Below, in pieces: positions 12,021 through 22,103 of a DNA stretch of 64,000 bases. Within the stretch, counting starts at the first letter, position 1; each line of letters starts with the position of its first letter. The translations under genes were made by a program, and so were the position numbers. Below the pieces are notes generated by a model, which had not been told where the DNA came from, did not search any database, and worked only from the letters and a program-made list of their open reading frames with translations. The stretch is from assembly GCA_015484945.1 (NCBI GenBank), contig WFUO01000035.1, forward strand, positions 60,096 to 124,095, written 5' to 3'. The stretch comes from Gammaproteobacteria bacterium. Lineage in GTDB: Bacteria; Pseudomonadota; Gammaproteobacteria; WFUO01.

Positions 12021-12653
12021 ATGAACCGTAACAAACGCATCGAGATCTTCGAGCGCCTCAAGGCGCACATCCCCGAACCACGCACCGAACTGGAATACGA
12101 AAATACCTTCCAGCTGCTGGTGGCCGTCATGCTTTCGGCACAGGCCACCGATGTCAGTGTCAACAAGGCCATGCGCCCGGTATTCCGCAAAATCAAGACA
12201 CCACAGCAGATGCTGGATTTTGGTGAAGAACGTCTGCGCGAGGCCATCAAGACCATCGGTCTGTTCAACACCAAGGCGGCCAATGTCATCAAGACCTGCC
12301 GTATCCTGGTGGAGAAACACGACGGTCAGGTCCCTGACGACCGCAAGGCGCTCGAGGCCCTGCCAGGCGTGGGGCGCAAGACGGCCAATGTGATCCTCAA
12401 CACCGCCTTCGGCCGCCCCACCATCGCCGTCGATACCCATATCTTCCGGGTCGCCAACCGCACCGGCATCGCACCTGGCCGCAACGTTCGCGAGGTCGAG
12501 GCACGCCTGCAACGGCTGGTGCCTGATGAATACAAGCAGGACGCCCACCACTGGCTGATCCTGCACGGGCGCTATACCTGTGTCGCGCGCCGGCCACGCT
12601 GCGGGTCATGTGTCATCGAGGACCTGTGCGAATACCGTCACAAGAGCGAGTAG
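12021..12653 (+). CDS. nth: Endonuclease III
   Basis: LSAQATD, LPGVGRKTANV HhH, VDTH, C-x6-C-x2-C-x5-C Fe-S loop. Confidence 0.98.
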   Translation: MNRNKRIEIFERLKAHIPEPRTELEYENTFQLLVAVMLSAQATDVSVNKAMRPVFRKIKTPQQMLDFGEERLREAIKTIGLFNTKAANVIKTCRILVEKHDGQVPDDRKALEALPGVGRKTANVILNTAFGRPTIAVDTHIFRVANRTGIAPGRNVREVEARLQRLVPDEYKQDAHHWLILHGRYTCVARRPRCGSCVIEDLCEYRHKSE

Positions 12654-12660
12654 GCCCGGC

Positions 12661-13095
12661 ATGTTCACCACTGATCGCAACCAATTACGTACCTTCTATC
12701 GCGAGGCCTGGCAAAAACACCGTGAATCCCGGCCCATGGAGCCGCTGGAAAGCCAGATCGTCGATGTCATTCTCATGCATCCCGAATACCATGATCTGCT
12801 CGAAGGCCCGCAAGACAACCTCTCACGCGACTACCACCCCGAAGACGGCCGGGAAAACCCCTTCCTGCACATGGGCCTGCACCTGGCTCTGCGCGAACAA
12901 CTGGCTACAGGACGCCCTGCACTGTGCCGCAAGATCTTTGACCAGCTGCTCGGCATCAATGGCGATGCCCACCGCACCGAACACGCGATGATGGAGTGTC
13001 TCGCCGAGGCCCTCTATCAGGCACAGCGCCAGGGCGGCATGCCTGATGAAAGGGCCTACACGACCTGTTTGCGGCACCTGCTGATCAAAAAATAG
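12661..13095 (+). CDS. DUF1841-family protein
   Basis: HPEYH, NPFLHMGLHLALREQ, EHAMMECL motifs; usual position after nth. Confidence 0.85.
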   Translation: MFTTDRNQLRTFYREAWQKHRESRPMEPLESQIVDVILMHPEYHDLLEGPQDNLSRDYHPEDGRENPFLHMGLHLALREQLATGRPALCRKIFDQLLGINGDAHRTEHAMMECLAEALYQAQRQGGMPDERAYTTCLRHLLIKK

Positions 13096-13146
13096 ACAGC
13101 GTGCTTGCCAAGCGGCTGAATTTCACCCTATTCTGTGATGGATTTT

Positions 13147-13175
13147 GAAACTTTTACAGACCAGGCCTGTCTATT
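13147..13175 (+). promoter_or_regulatory. ECF (RpoE/AlgU-like) promoter upstream of the RiPP precursor
   Basis: GAAACTT-N15-GTCTATT; same motif and spacing recurs at 15337-15365. Confidence 0.6.
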
Positions 13176-13267
13176 CCAGCGGTTCAGTGCATAATGATGT
13201 CAGCCGGCATCCTGCCGCACACAACCAGACAACATTGATTTTGACCATTCAGATGGAGAGAAAACCC

Positions 13268-13678
13268 ATGTCCAGGAAACCAGTCAAGAAAACCCTCGCG
13301 GCCGCCATGGGCGCAGCGTTTGCCACCAGTCTCGCCACCAACCCGGTTCAGGCTGCGGAGAACCCGTTTGCGATGACCGAATTGTCCAGTGGCTACAAGC
13401 TCGCCGCCATGGAGGGCAAATGTGGTGAAGGCAAGTGCGGCGAAGGAAAATGCGGCGGCAAGATGAAGCCCAAGCCAAAGCCCAAGATGGAAGGTAAGTG
13501 CGGCGAAGGAAAATGCGGCGGCAAGATGATGGAAGGCAACAAGATGAAGCCCAAGCCAAAGCCCAAGATGGAAGGCAAGTGCGGCGAAGGAAAATGCGGC
13601 GGCAAGATGATGGAAGGCAACAAGATGAAAGCCAAGCCCAAGTCAAAAATGGAAGGCAAGTGCGGCGGCATGATGTAA
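13268..13678 (+). CDS. HvfA/oxazolin-type RiPP precursor: Sec signal plus 8 EGKCG motifs
   Basis: GGAGAG RBS; signal [37 protein letters not shown] motif; EGKCG x8; directly upstream of DUF692. Confidence 0.92.
   Translation: MSRKPVKKTLAAAMGAAFATSLATNPVQAAENPFAMTELSSGYKLAAMEGKCGEGKCGEGKCGGKMKPKPKPKMEGKCGEGKCGGKMMEGNKMKPKPKPKMEGKCGEGKCGGKMMEGNKMKAKPKSKMEGKCGGMM
13463..13678 (+). repeat. 81-bp (27-codon) intragenic tandem repeat, about 2.6 copies
   Basis: Units start at ATG 13463, 13544, 13625 and encode [27 protein letters not shown]. Confidence 0.95.
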
Positions 13679-13691
13679 GGAGCCGGACCTC

Positions 13692-14546
13692 ATGACAACC
13701 ACCTACCCCGTTCAGGGTGCCGGTCTCGGCCTGCGGCGATCCATGCTGGAGTCGCTGGCTGATGCGCCGGAGACAGCGATCGACTTCATGGAAGTCGCGC
13801 CCGAAAACTGGATGGGCGTAGGTGGCGCCTTTGGGCGCCAGTTTCGCGCCTTCACAGAGCGTTATCCGTTCGTCACCCATGGCCTGTCGCTGTCAATCGG
13901 CAGCCCATCGCCTTTGGATATGGATTTTCTCCATCGGCTCAGGAACTTCCTGTGCGAACATGATATCCGCCTGTATTCCGAGCATCTGAGCTATTGCAGT
14001 GACGATGGTCACCTGTACGACCTGATGCCCATTCCTTTCACCGAAGAGGCCGTGCATTACGTGGCCGGGCGTATCCGTCAGGTACAGGACGTACTGGAAC
14101 AACGCATCGCCATTGAAAACGTTTCCTACTACGCGGCCCCCGGCAAGGAAATGGAAGAGATCGATTTCATCAATGCCGTACTCGAAGAGGCAGACTGCGG
14201 CTTGTTGCTCGATGTAAACAACATCTATGTCAACAGCGTCAATCATGGATACGACGCCGAGAGCTTCCTGTGTGCCCTGCCCGGCGAACGCATCGACTAT
14301 TTCCATATCGCGGGTCACTACAACGAGGATGTCGATCTGATCGTGGACACCCACGGGGCCGATGTCATCGATCCGGTCTGGGCGCTGCTCGACAAGGCCT
14401 ATGCGCATTTTGGCGTCGTGCCCACGTTGCTGGAACGGGACTTCAACATTCCGCCACTGGCTGATCTGATGATCGAGGTGGAAAGGATCCGCCACATACA
14501 GAAACTTCACGAAAACGATCATGAACAGCGTATCGCCCAAGGCTGA
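13692..14546 (+). CDS. Multinuclear non-heme iron oxidase (DUF692/MNIO, HvfB-like)
   Basis: [53 protein letters not shown] metal-ligand motifs. Confidence 0.95.
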   Translation: MTTTYPVQGAGLGLRRSMLESLADAPETAIDFMEVAPENWMGVGGAFGRQFRAFTERYPFVTHGLSLSIGSPSPLDMDFLHRLRNFLCEHDIRLYSEHLSYCSDDGHLYDLMPIPFTEEAVHYVAGRIRQVQDVLEQRIAIENVSYYAAPGKEMEEIDFINAVLEEADCGLLLDVNNIYVNSVNHGYDAESFLCALPGERIDYFHIAGHYNEDVDLIVDTHGADVIDPVWALLDKAYAHFGVVPTLLERDFNIPPLADLMIEVERIRHIQKLHENDHEQRIAQG

Positions 14547-15291
14547 AAAACCGGCCTTCATTCGCAAACAGCTTGAGTTTGCCGCGCATATCCGTCACCC
14601 CGGGATCAATCCCGCGCCACAGGACATCGAACCACGGCGCATGAATATCTATACCGAGCTGTTCTACAACAACATCGAAAATTTCGTCAGTACGGCGTTT
14701 CCGGTACTGCGCGAAATCACCGCCGACGATGACTGGCATGCCATGGTGCGTGACTTCATGTACCGGCATCGTTGTCAGACACCCTACTTTCTGGAGATTC
14801 CCGAGGAATTCCTCGACTATCTACAAAATGAACGCAAAGAGATGGACGACCCACCCTGGCTGGTCGAACTGGCCCATTATGAATGGGTGGAGCTGGCCCT
14901 GTCGGTGTTCGACGAGGATACAGACGACCAGGCATTCAATCCTGACGGTCACCTGCTGGAAAGTGTGCCACGCCTCTCACCATTGGCATGGCCACTGGCC
15001 TACCGCTATGCCGTTCACCGTATCGGGCCTGATCAGCTGCCTGAAAAAGAGGAACCGACCCAGTTCGTCGTTTACCGTGACGACAATGATGAAATCCACT
15101 TCCTCGAGATCAATCCGGTTACCTACCGGCTGCTTGAGCTGCTCAATCAAGACAATACATTGAATGGCCGTCAGCTGCTGTTACGTATCGCCGAAGAAAT
15201 CGGACATCCCGATCCAGACGCCGTCGTCGATGCCGGGCATGAGATCATGCAAGACCTGCGCGAGCGCGGCATTCTCGACATTGCCCGCTAA
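14521..15291 (+). CDS. DUF2063-family MNIO partner (HvfC-like)
   Basis: [45 protein letters not shown]; overlaps DUF692 gene. Confidence 0.9.
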   Translation: MNSVSPKAEKPAFIRKQLEFAAHIRHPGINPAPQDIEPRRMNIYTELFYNNIENFVSTAFPVLREITADDDWHAMVRDFMYRHRCQTPYFLEIPEEFLDYLQNERKEMDDPPWLVELAHYEWVELALSVFDEDTDDQAFNPDGHLLESVPRLSPLAWPLAYRYAVHRIGPDQLPEKEEPTQFVVYRDDNDEIHFLEINPVTYRLLELLNQDNTLNGRQLLLRIAEEIGHPDPDAVVDAGHEIMQDLRERGILDIAR

Positions 15292-15336
15292 CTATCACGA
15301 TACATGCAGGCGTCAGCATTCCCCCTGCCTGCACGG

Positions 15337-15365
15337 GGAACTTTACTAGCCAGACCGGGTCTATT
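15337..15365 (+). promoter_or_regulatory. Second ECF-like promoter upstream of DoxX gene
   Basis: GGAACTT-N15-GTCTATT, same -10 heptamer and spacer as 13147-13175. Confidence 0.6.
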
Positions 15366-15532
15366 GGCTACCACCATTGACAAGACGAAAAATCAGCCGA
15401 TACGACAGGTCGTGGCGTGTCATTTTGCCACGAGATGGCATGCCAGCCCTGAAGACACCGGCAACGGCCCGTTACTCGTGATAAAAATTCGAATAGTTCA
15501 ATTGGCTGCCAGGTCACCAAGGAGAACCCGAT

Positions 15533-16243
15533 ATGTCACTGAAGCAATCGTTTGGCAAGACAGCGTGCCTGTTGAACCACCTGATGGAAAAAACCAGAGC
15601 GGCCGACTTCACAGCATCCCTGCTGTTGCGCCTCTACCTGGCTCCCATCTTTCTGATGGCGGCAATCAACAAATTCAAGCTCACCGATGACAGGCTTTTT
15701 GGTATTCCGGTACCGGAAACCGTGCTGGGCCTGTTCCCCGTGGTGGACCCGAATATCATCAACTGGTTCGGCAACAGTCAGTGGGGGCTGGGCATGCCAG
15801 CCCCGGAGCTGATGGCCTACCTTTCGGCCTATACGGAATTTTTTGGCGCCATTTTACTGTTGCTTGGGCTTGCGACCCGCTGGATCAGTATCCCGCTGAT
15901 GGTCACCATGCTCGTCGCCGCACTGACTGTACACATAAAAAATGGCTGGCTCGCGATCGCCGATGGAAAGATGTTCCTGTTTGCCAATGAACGGGTCATG
16001 GACGCGCTGGAGAGAAAGGCGCGCGCGATCAGCATCCTCAAGGAACACGGCAATTGGCAGTGGTTGACCAATAATGGCGAGTATTCCTACGTGGTTCTCA
16101 ACAATGGCATCGAGTTTGCCGCCACCTATTTCGTGATGCTGCTGGCGCTGTTCTTTCTTGGCGGCGGCAGGTATGTATCGGCCGACTACTGGATCAGGCG
16201 GCGTTTCCGGTGTGAAGTGGACAAACTCGCCAGCCAGGGCTAG
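15533..16243 (+). CDS. DoxX-family membrane protein associated with the MNIO locus
   Basis: LLLRLYLAPIF, EFFGAILLLLGLATR, VHIKNGW, LNNGIEFAATY, GGGRYVSAD; AGGAG RBS. Confidence 0.88.
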   Translation: MSLKQSFGKTACLLNHLMEKTRAADFTASLLLRLYLAPIFLMAAINKFKLTDDRLFGIPVPETVLGLFPVVDPNIINWFGNSQWGLGMPAPELMAYLSAYTEFFGAILLLLGLATRWISIPLMVTMLVAALTVHIKNGWLAIADGKMFLFANERVMDALERKARAISILKEHGNWQWLTNNGEYSYVVLNNGIEFAATYFVMLLALFFLGGGRYVSADYWIRRRFRCEVDKLASQG

Positions 16244-16301
16244 CAGCCCGGGCACGGCAAAACGGGTCCCGGGGTAACCTGTCGGTATCAAGCAGCGGTA
16301 T

Positions 16302-16492
16302 TCGATACGGCGCGCACAATGGCGCGGAGCCACGGAGAAAATGTAGGTGTTCAAACAGGCCTTTCAATCAACCCCTCTGTGGCTCCGTGGCTCTGTGATC
16401 TCCGTGTTTATTCACGCCACCTGCCAGCGTCACCCCGGATTACGGCCTGCGGCCTTGCATCCGGGTTACGCTACTTTGTGTTCTCCGCGTTG
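16302..16492. repeat. Mosaic intergenic repeat A (CACGGAG-arm palindrome, REP-like unit, CTTTGYG arm)
   Basis: Arms 16302-16342 and 16375-16407; REP-like 16433-16469; 16302-16342 matches revcomp of 30204-30244 at 34/41. Confidence 0.8.
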
Positions 16493-16522
16493 ACCCACGA
16501 TCTGTGATATTACCCATCACAT

Positions 16523-16915
16523 TCAGGACGCCATCTTGGGCGCCAGCAGTTCGATTTGATAACCATCGGGGTCCTCGACGAAGGCAATGATGGTACTACC
16601 GGCATTCATTGGCCCGGGCTCGCGGATGATCTTGCCGCCCTTTTCCCTGATCTTCTCCGCGGCCGCATAGACATCATCGACCTCGATGGCCAGGTGACCA
16701 AAACCGTCACCCAGGTCATAATGATCGGTATCCCAGTTCCAGGTCAGCTCGATCACGGTATTTTCCGATTCTTCTCCATAGCCTACGAAGGCAAGGGTAA
16801 ACCGCCCGTCTGGATAATCCTTGCGCCGTAGCAGGCGCATGCCCAGTACCTGGGTATAGAAATCGATGGAACGCTCGAGATCACCGACGCGTATCATGGT
16901 GTGCAGCAGGCGCAT
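16523..16915 (-). CDS. gloA: Lactoylglutathione lyase (glyoxalase I)
   Basis: [36 protein letters not shown]. Confidence 0.97.
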   Translation of the reverse strand: MRLLHTMIRVGDLERSIDFYTQVLGMRLLRRKDYPDGRFTLAFVGYGEESENTVIELTWNWDTDHYDLGDGFGHLAIEVDDVYAAAEKIREKGGKIIREPGPMNAGSTIIAFVEDPDGYQIELLAPKMAS

Positions 16916-16945
16916 ACTGTTCTCCTTGCAAGGTTCCCGCGTGCA

Positions 16946-19900
16946 TTATGCCGCGCCCTCATGCTTGCAAACAAGCGGCTGTGGCCGTCCGATCGCATAA
17001 CCCTGTACATAGTCTATGCCAATCATCCGCAGGCGCTCGAGAACGATATCATTCTCGACGAACTCGGCCACAGTACGCACCCCCATGATGTGACCCACCT
17101 GGTTGATTGCCACCACCATGGCATGATCGACTGGGTCGTCGATGATATCACGGATGAAACTGCCATCTATCTTGAGATAATCCACCTGCAGATTCTTCAG
17201 ATACGAGAAGGAACTCAGGCCGCTGCCAAAATCGTCCAGCGAAAAGCTGCATCCAGTTTCCCGCATCCTGTGAATGAACTCATTGGCACTGGTGAGGTTG
17301 GATACCGCCGCAGTCTCGGTGATCTCGAAACATATCCGCGTGGTGTCGATATCATGAGCATCGATGGATTCTATGACAAAATCACAAAACCCCTGATCTC
17401 CCAGTGACTGCCCGGACAGGTTGATGGTAATACTGAGCCTTTCACCCTGCTTCTGGTACTGCTCGACCTGCCTGAATGCATTACTGATTACCCAGCGATC
17501 TATATCAGGCATCAGATGGTAGCGTTCAGCAGCAGGAATAAAACTTGCCGGCAAAACGATATCACCGTCATCATCGAGCATGCGTAACAGGATCTCGAAA
17601 TGACTGCCATCGGCCTCGGTATTGAGCGGCCTGATCTCCTGATAGTACAGACACAGCTTGTTTTCCTTCAGGCACTGCTTGATACGCTGCACCCATTCAA
17701 GCTCGGTATGATGCCTGGCCAGTTCCGTATCGTCCGGTGAATAACAATGGATACGGTTTCGCCCCAGATCCTTGGCGACATAGCAGGCCGCGTCCGCGGC
17801 GCCGAGAATATCGCTCATAGACCCACTATGCGCATGTATTGGCACCAGACCGATGCTGACGCCGGTATCGAACTGACGATCCTCCCAACTGAAACGGTAT
17901 TCCGAGATCTCTGCGCGTATCTTTTCTGCTATCTTCATCGCGTCATCGAGCGAACAATGCTCCAACAGCAAGCCAAACTCGTCACCACCCAGACGCGCCA
18001 GGGTATCACCCTCCCTGATACTGCCTTGTAGAAGTGTTGCCAGCTGCTGAAGGAGCTGATCGCCCGCCACATGGCCACAACTATCATTGACGATCTTGAA
18101 CTGATCCAGATCCATATAACACAGGGCATGAGGCACATTGTCATTACGCGCACTCTGCAGACATTTCTCCAGTTTGCGTTCGAACTCACGCCGGTTTATC
18201 AGCCCGGTCAATGGGTCGTGATTGGCCTGAAAGCTGAGACGTTGGGCCATGTCCCACATCTCGCTGACATCATGTATGACCATGACCACGCCATCGATAT
18301 CGCCCATGTCTCCTCTGATCGGGGCTGCTGTCAGCTTGACCGCATACTCCCTGCCATCATTGCGCACAGCGATACAATTGTCGCTATAGTTGACCAGCTC
18401 GCCTGTCGTTGAGCATTGTGAAACAGGGTCCGGCATGGGCTCACGCGTTTCCGCATTCATGAAGCACAAGATCTCCTTTACCCTTCTCCCCCTGGCGGTG
18501 TTGTTGTCAATGCCGGCCAGCTGTTCCGCAACCGGATTGATATAGTGGATCCTGAGATAACGGTTTGTGGTAATGACACCATCACCGATAGACTGTAGTG
18601 TGATCAGTGCACGCTCCTTTTGCTTCCTCAGGGCTTCTTCGACGAGCTTGATACTGCTGATGTCTCGCGTGGTTCCCTCTATACCGACTATCTTTCCACT
18701 GTCGTCGTAGCAGGCCTGGGCATTGGTCGATACCCAAATGATACGTCCATCCTTGCGCCGCAGGCGTACCTGGTAGTCAACCACGCTCATGTCGTTCTCT
18801 TCCATGGCCTTGAGAAAACGCTCACGGTCTGCTTGATTGACGTAATAATCCGCCATCCTGCTGCCCAGCATCTCGTCCATTGTATAACCGAGCAATTTTT
18901 CTGCTGATCTCGAGATATGCGTTACAATCCCGTCCATATCCACCCGATAGTAAGTATCCTGCATATTGTTGAGAATACTGGCCAATTCCTTTTGCGATTT
19001 TCGTAACGAGATCTCGGTATTGATCCGTTCGATGGCTTCGTCTTCCAGTTGCTGACGCAACTGTTTTTCGTGACGAATGACACGCATCAGGTAGATGCCG
19101 AATATCAGCAACAACAGCATCAGCACACCAGCTGCGATCAATGGCAACCGGTAGCGTTGCAGCGCCTCATTCAGGGAAAAATACTCTGTTCCAGCATATG
19201 GGCCGACACGAATTTCGCGCATCAAATCATGCACCGGACGATAACTCAACGGCGTATCCCAGCCAAAGCTCATGGCCGCGCTCGCGGCAGGCGAATCGGG
19301 TGGCAAACGCAACAGTTCCACCGCAACCTGACGCGCAAGTTGGTCTGACACATGAGGCAGACGCGCAAAGGGCCACTCGGGGTACAACTGTGTACTCAAC
19401 GCAAACGGAAAGCCTTTGACCTTTCTGAGATTGATGATTTTCAGTACGCCCTGTTTGATCTTACCCTCTGCGATCATGCGTTCGAGTGAATCGGTCCGGA
19501 AGGTGCCTGCATCGACCAGGCCATCACGAACCGCATACGCAACCGCATCCTGGGGAAAGCCGCTGAAACGCAATGCCCTAAAATCCCTGAACGGATCGAT
19601 ACCATGATGCTTGAGTTCCCGCCAGGCCATCTGAAACCCGCCGAACCCATCGCGTTTGACGCCCATGAAGGTTTTGCCCTTCAGATCGGCAAGGGTACGA
19701 ATATCGTCTCGGTCGGCACGCACGAATATCACTGCGCCAAAACGGCTGTATGGCCTTCCGCGGCGACGGTTGCGCAGCGTGGCCAGCGCACTGAGACGGT
19801 AGCGTGCCTCCAGGGTGACGAAATTGCCGGTATTGGTGAGCAGGAAATCGATGTGGCGGTTGGCTACGGCCGGTCCGGTTTCTGCGAGATCAAGGGGTAC

Positions 19901-20095
19901 GATGATGAATCGATGACCTGGTATCCTGCGGCTCAGATAGCGCGCGGTCGGCTCCCACATGCGCAGGGCCATGTCGCCTCCACGATAGGCAAGCACACCG
20001 ATGCGCACGATACGCTGTTCCTGTGCCTGAACATAAAACGGCAGCAGTAACACGGTCAGCAGATAGAGTGACAAACAGCCCGGAATTCTTTTCAT
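16946..20095 (-). CDS. Membrane sensor diguanylate cyclase/phosphodiesterase: TtrS-like periplasmic binding domain, TM, PAS-PAS, GGDEF, EAL
   Basis: Signal peptide, RIGVLAYRG..GFPQDAV..STQLYPEWPF sensor, TM helix, two PAS domains, REGD I-site plus GGDEF, EIL/DDFGSG/LKID/QGY EAL motifs. Confidence 0.92.
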   Translation of the reverse strand: MKRIPGCLSLYLLTVLLLPFYVQAQEQRIVRIGVLAYRGGDMALRMWEPTARYLSRRIPGHRFIIVPLDLAETGPAVANRHIDFLLTNTGNFVTLEARYRLSALATLRNRRRGRPYSRFGAVIFVRADRDDIRTLADLKGKTFMGVKRDGFGGFQMAWRELKHHGIDPFRDFRALRFSGFPQDAVAYAVRDGLVDAGTFRTDSLERMIAEGKIKQGVLKIINLRKVKGFPFALSTQLYPEWPFARLPHVSDQLARQVAVELLRLPPDSPAASAAMSFGWDTPLSYRPVHDLMREIRVGPYAGTEYFSLNEALQRYRLPLIAAGVLMLLLLIFGIYLMRVIRHEKQLRQQLEDEAIERINTEISLRKSQKELASILNNMQDTYYRVDMDGIVTHISRSAEKLLGYTMDEMLGSRMADYYVNQADRERFLKAMEENDMSVVDYQVRLRRKDGRIIWVSTNAQACYDDSGKIVGIEGTTRDISSIKLVEEALRKQKERALITLQSIGDGVITTNRYLRIHYINPVAEQLAGIDNNTARGRRVKEILCFMNAETREPMPDPVSQCSTTGELVNYSDNCIAVRNDGREYAVKLTAAPIRGDMGDIDGVVMVIHDVSEMWDMAQRLSFQANHDPLTGLINRREFERKLEKCLQSARNDNVPHALCYMDLDQFKIVNDSCGHVAGDQLLQQLATLLQGSIREGDTLARLGGDEFGLLLEHCSLDDAMKIAEKIRAEISEYRFSWEDRQFDTGVSIGLVPIHAHSGSMSDILGAADAACYVAKDLGRNRIHCYSPDDTELARHHTELEWVQRIKQCLKENKLCLYYQEIRPLNTEADGSHFEILLRMLDDDGDIVLPASFIPAAERYHLMPDIDRWVISNAFRQVEQYQKQGERLSITINLSGQSLGDQGFCDFVIESIDAHDIDTTRICFEITETAAVSNLTSANEFIHRMRETGCSFSLDDFGSGLSSFSYLKNLQVDYLKIDGSFIRDIIDDPVDHAMVVAINQVGHIMGVRTVAEFVENDIVLERLRMIGIDYVQGYAIGRPQPLVCKHEGAA

Positions 20096-20143
20096 GCCAA
20101 TACGGGAAGATGAGCCTTCTGGCTGCCAGGGTACATGCAGCCT

Positions 20144-20170
20144 GTAACGGCAGGCAGCAGGGTACCTTTA
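20144..20170 (-). promoter_or_regulatory. Sigma28 (FliA)-like promoter of the GGDEF-EAL gene
   Basis: Minus strand TAAA-N15-GCCGTTAC about 50 nt before ATG. Confidence 0.65.
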
Positions 20171-20216
20171 ATATATACCTGCTACAATGAAGGGCTTATA
20201 GGTGATACAGGCCGAC

Positions 20217-21434
20217 TCACTCCTGTAGCCGGCGTGCGCCGATACGCAGACGCAGAGCATTGAGACGGATGAAGCCTTGTGCGTCCTTCTGGTCATAAGC
20301 GCCTGCATCGTCTTCGAACGTGGCAATATTTTCGTCGAACAGACTGTCTTTTTCCGACCTGCGGCCAACAACGACAACATTGCCCTTGTACAGCTTCAGA
20401 CGTACTTCACCATTGACGTGCCGCTGGGACTCATCGATCAGGCGCTGCAACATTTCTCGTTCAGGGCTCCACCAGTAGCCGTTGTAGATCAGGGTCGCAT
20501 AGCGCGGCATCAACTCGTCTTTCAGATGCGCGGCCTCGCGATCCAGCGTCAGGGATTCGATGGCGCGGTGCGCCTTGAGCATGACCGTGCCCGCAGGGGT
20601 CTCGTAGCAGCCACGGGACTTCATCCCCACGTAGCGATTCTCGACGATGTCGTCACGGCCAATGCCGTTCGCACCGGCGATGCGATTGAGTGTCTCCATG
20701 ACCGTAGCGGGACTCATGGACTCCCCGTCGATGGCGACGATGTCTCCATGTTCATAGGTCAGGGTGATATAGGTCGGCTCATCAGGCGCCTTTTCGGGTG
20801 ACACCGTCCAGCGCCACATGGATTCCTCGGGCTCGGCCCAGGGATCTTCCAGAATGCCACCTTCGTAGGAGATGTGCAGCAGGTTGGCATCCATCGAATA
20901 GGGTGATTTGCCACCCTGTTTCTGCTCGATGGCAATGCCCTGCTGCTCGGCGTAGGCCATGAGCTTTTCGCGCGAGTTCAGGTCCCATTCACGCCAGGGC
21001 GCGATAACACGGATTCCCGGCTTGAGGGCATAGGCCCCCAGTTCGAAGCGGACCTGGTCGTTGCCCTTGCCGGTGGCGCCATGCGAGATCGCATCGGCAC
21101 CGGTCTCGTTGGCGATTTCGACCAGCCGCCTGGCGATGAGCGGGCGCGCAATCGAGGTGCCAAGCAGATACTCGCCCTCATAGACGGCATTGGCACGAAG
21201 CATCGGAAACACATAGTCGCGTGCGAAGTCCTCGCGCAGATCCTCGATGTAGATTTCGCGTATGCCCAGTGCCTCGGCCTTGGCGCGCGCCGGTTCCACT
21301 TCCTCGCCCTGACCGATATCAGCGGTAAAGGTCACGACCTCGCAATCATAGACATCCTGCAACCACTTGAGGATGACCGAGGTATCGAGACCGCCGGAAT
21401 AGGCCAGCACGACCTTGTTGATCTTGTCACTCAT
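20217..21434 (-). CDS. argG: Argininosuccinate synthase
   Basis: [54 protein letters not shown]. Confidence 0.98.
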   Translation of the reverse strand: MSDKINKVVLAYSGGLDTSVILKWLQDVYDCEVVTFTADIGQGEEVEPARAKAEALGIREIYIEDLREDFARDYVFPMLRANAVYEGEYLLGTSIARPLIARRLVEIANETGADAISHGATGKGNDQVRFELGAYALKPGIRVIAPWREWDLNSREKLMAYAEQQGIAIEQKQGGKSPYSMDANLLHISYEGGILEDPWAEPEESMWRWTVSPEKAPDEPTYITLTYEHGDIVAIDGESMSPATVMETLNRIAGANGIGRDDIVENRYVGMKSRGCYETPAGTVMLKAHRAIESLTLDREAAHLKDELMPRYATLIYNGYWWSPEREMLQRLIDESQRHVNGEVRLKLYKGNVVVVGRRSEKDSLFDENIATFEDDAGAYDQKDAQGFIRLNALRLRIGARRLQE

Positions 21435-21600
21435 GATGCCGCTCTCCACCACGGGCGGCATGCCCGTCGATTACCGGAAAACGGCATTATACCCGAATAT
21501 CCCGATGCCGTGCATGCCGGATGCCATACAGTACGAAGTCAAACAGAGAACACGGAAGATATTGAACCAACGTGAGATGAATCCACCTGACCGAAGTTTC

Positions 21601-21861
21601 CTAGCCCGGATATTGCATCAGCATCCCGGGAACCGGCGGCACTCGCAGCCGCTGTGGCGCCGGTTTGGAACGAAAGCCATAGCCGCTCTATGGCTTGAGT
21701 GAAAACCCGGCCACAGCGAGTGAGAAATCGCCGGAATCGGGATAGAACCGTACGGTGAACAAGCGGTTACCGGTGACAATCTGCGGTTTTGATCCATTTT
21801 GTACCCTGTTTCAGTTGGTTATGTTCTCAGTACGGTTCGGCAGGTGCAATATTCGGGCTAG
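21601..21861. mobile_element. 261-bp MITE-like element bounded by CTAG and 13-bp inverted repeats
   Basis: CTAG-CCCGGATATTGCA ... TGCAATATTCGGG-CTAG (12/13); internal nested hairpin centred on AAGCCATAG-ccgct-CTATGGCTT; second copy of its end at 39655. Confidence 0.8.
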
Positions 21862-22042
21862 ACCGCCACTGAACGCCATGACAAAAGATATTCGCAACGG
21901 GGCACAGGGCTCGAACGGATTATGAGGAATAACCGTGAACTATTGTCATTCCCATGTTCCACAAAAAATGGCAAGTATGGACCTTGATATCCTGTCGGAA
22001 AACTTCGGGGTGAATCAGCCTGCCGGCGCCACATGTATTCCC

Positions 22043-22074
22043 CTCCGTGGCTCTGTGTCTCCGTGACCTCCGTG
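22043..22074. repeat. CTCCGTG/CTCTGTG periodic arm (repeat family shared with 16.3, 23.1, 29.9 kb)
   Basis: CTCCGTGG CTCTGTGT CTCCGTGA CCTCCGTG. Confidence 0.75.
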
Positions 22075-22103
22075 CAGAACTCGGCTAACAAACCGTTACG
22101 GCT

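Noticed and set aside
13409..13678. Tandem repeats as a possible CRISPR array
   Set aside because: Repeats are contiguous, in-frame and coding, with no unique spacers and no cas genes
15304..15690. 128-aa ORF between DUF2063 and DoxX
   Set aside because: Overlaps the ECF promoter and DoxX out of frame; no RBS or motif
21486..21500. MITE-end-like TACCCGAATAT fused to a minus-strand TATAAT upstream of argG (element-derived promoter)
   Set aside because: Only about 11 nt of similarity; could easily be chance
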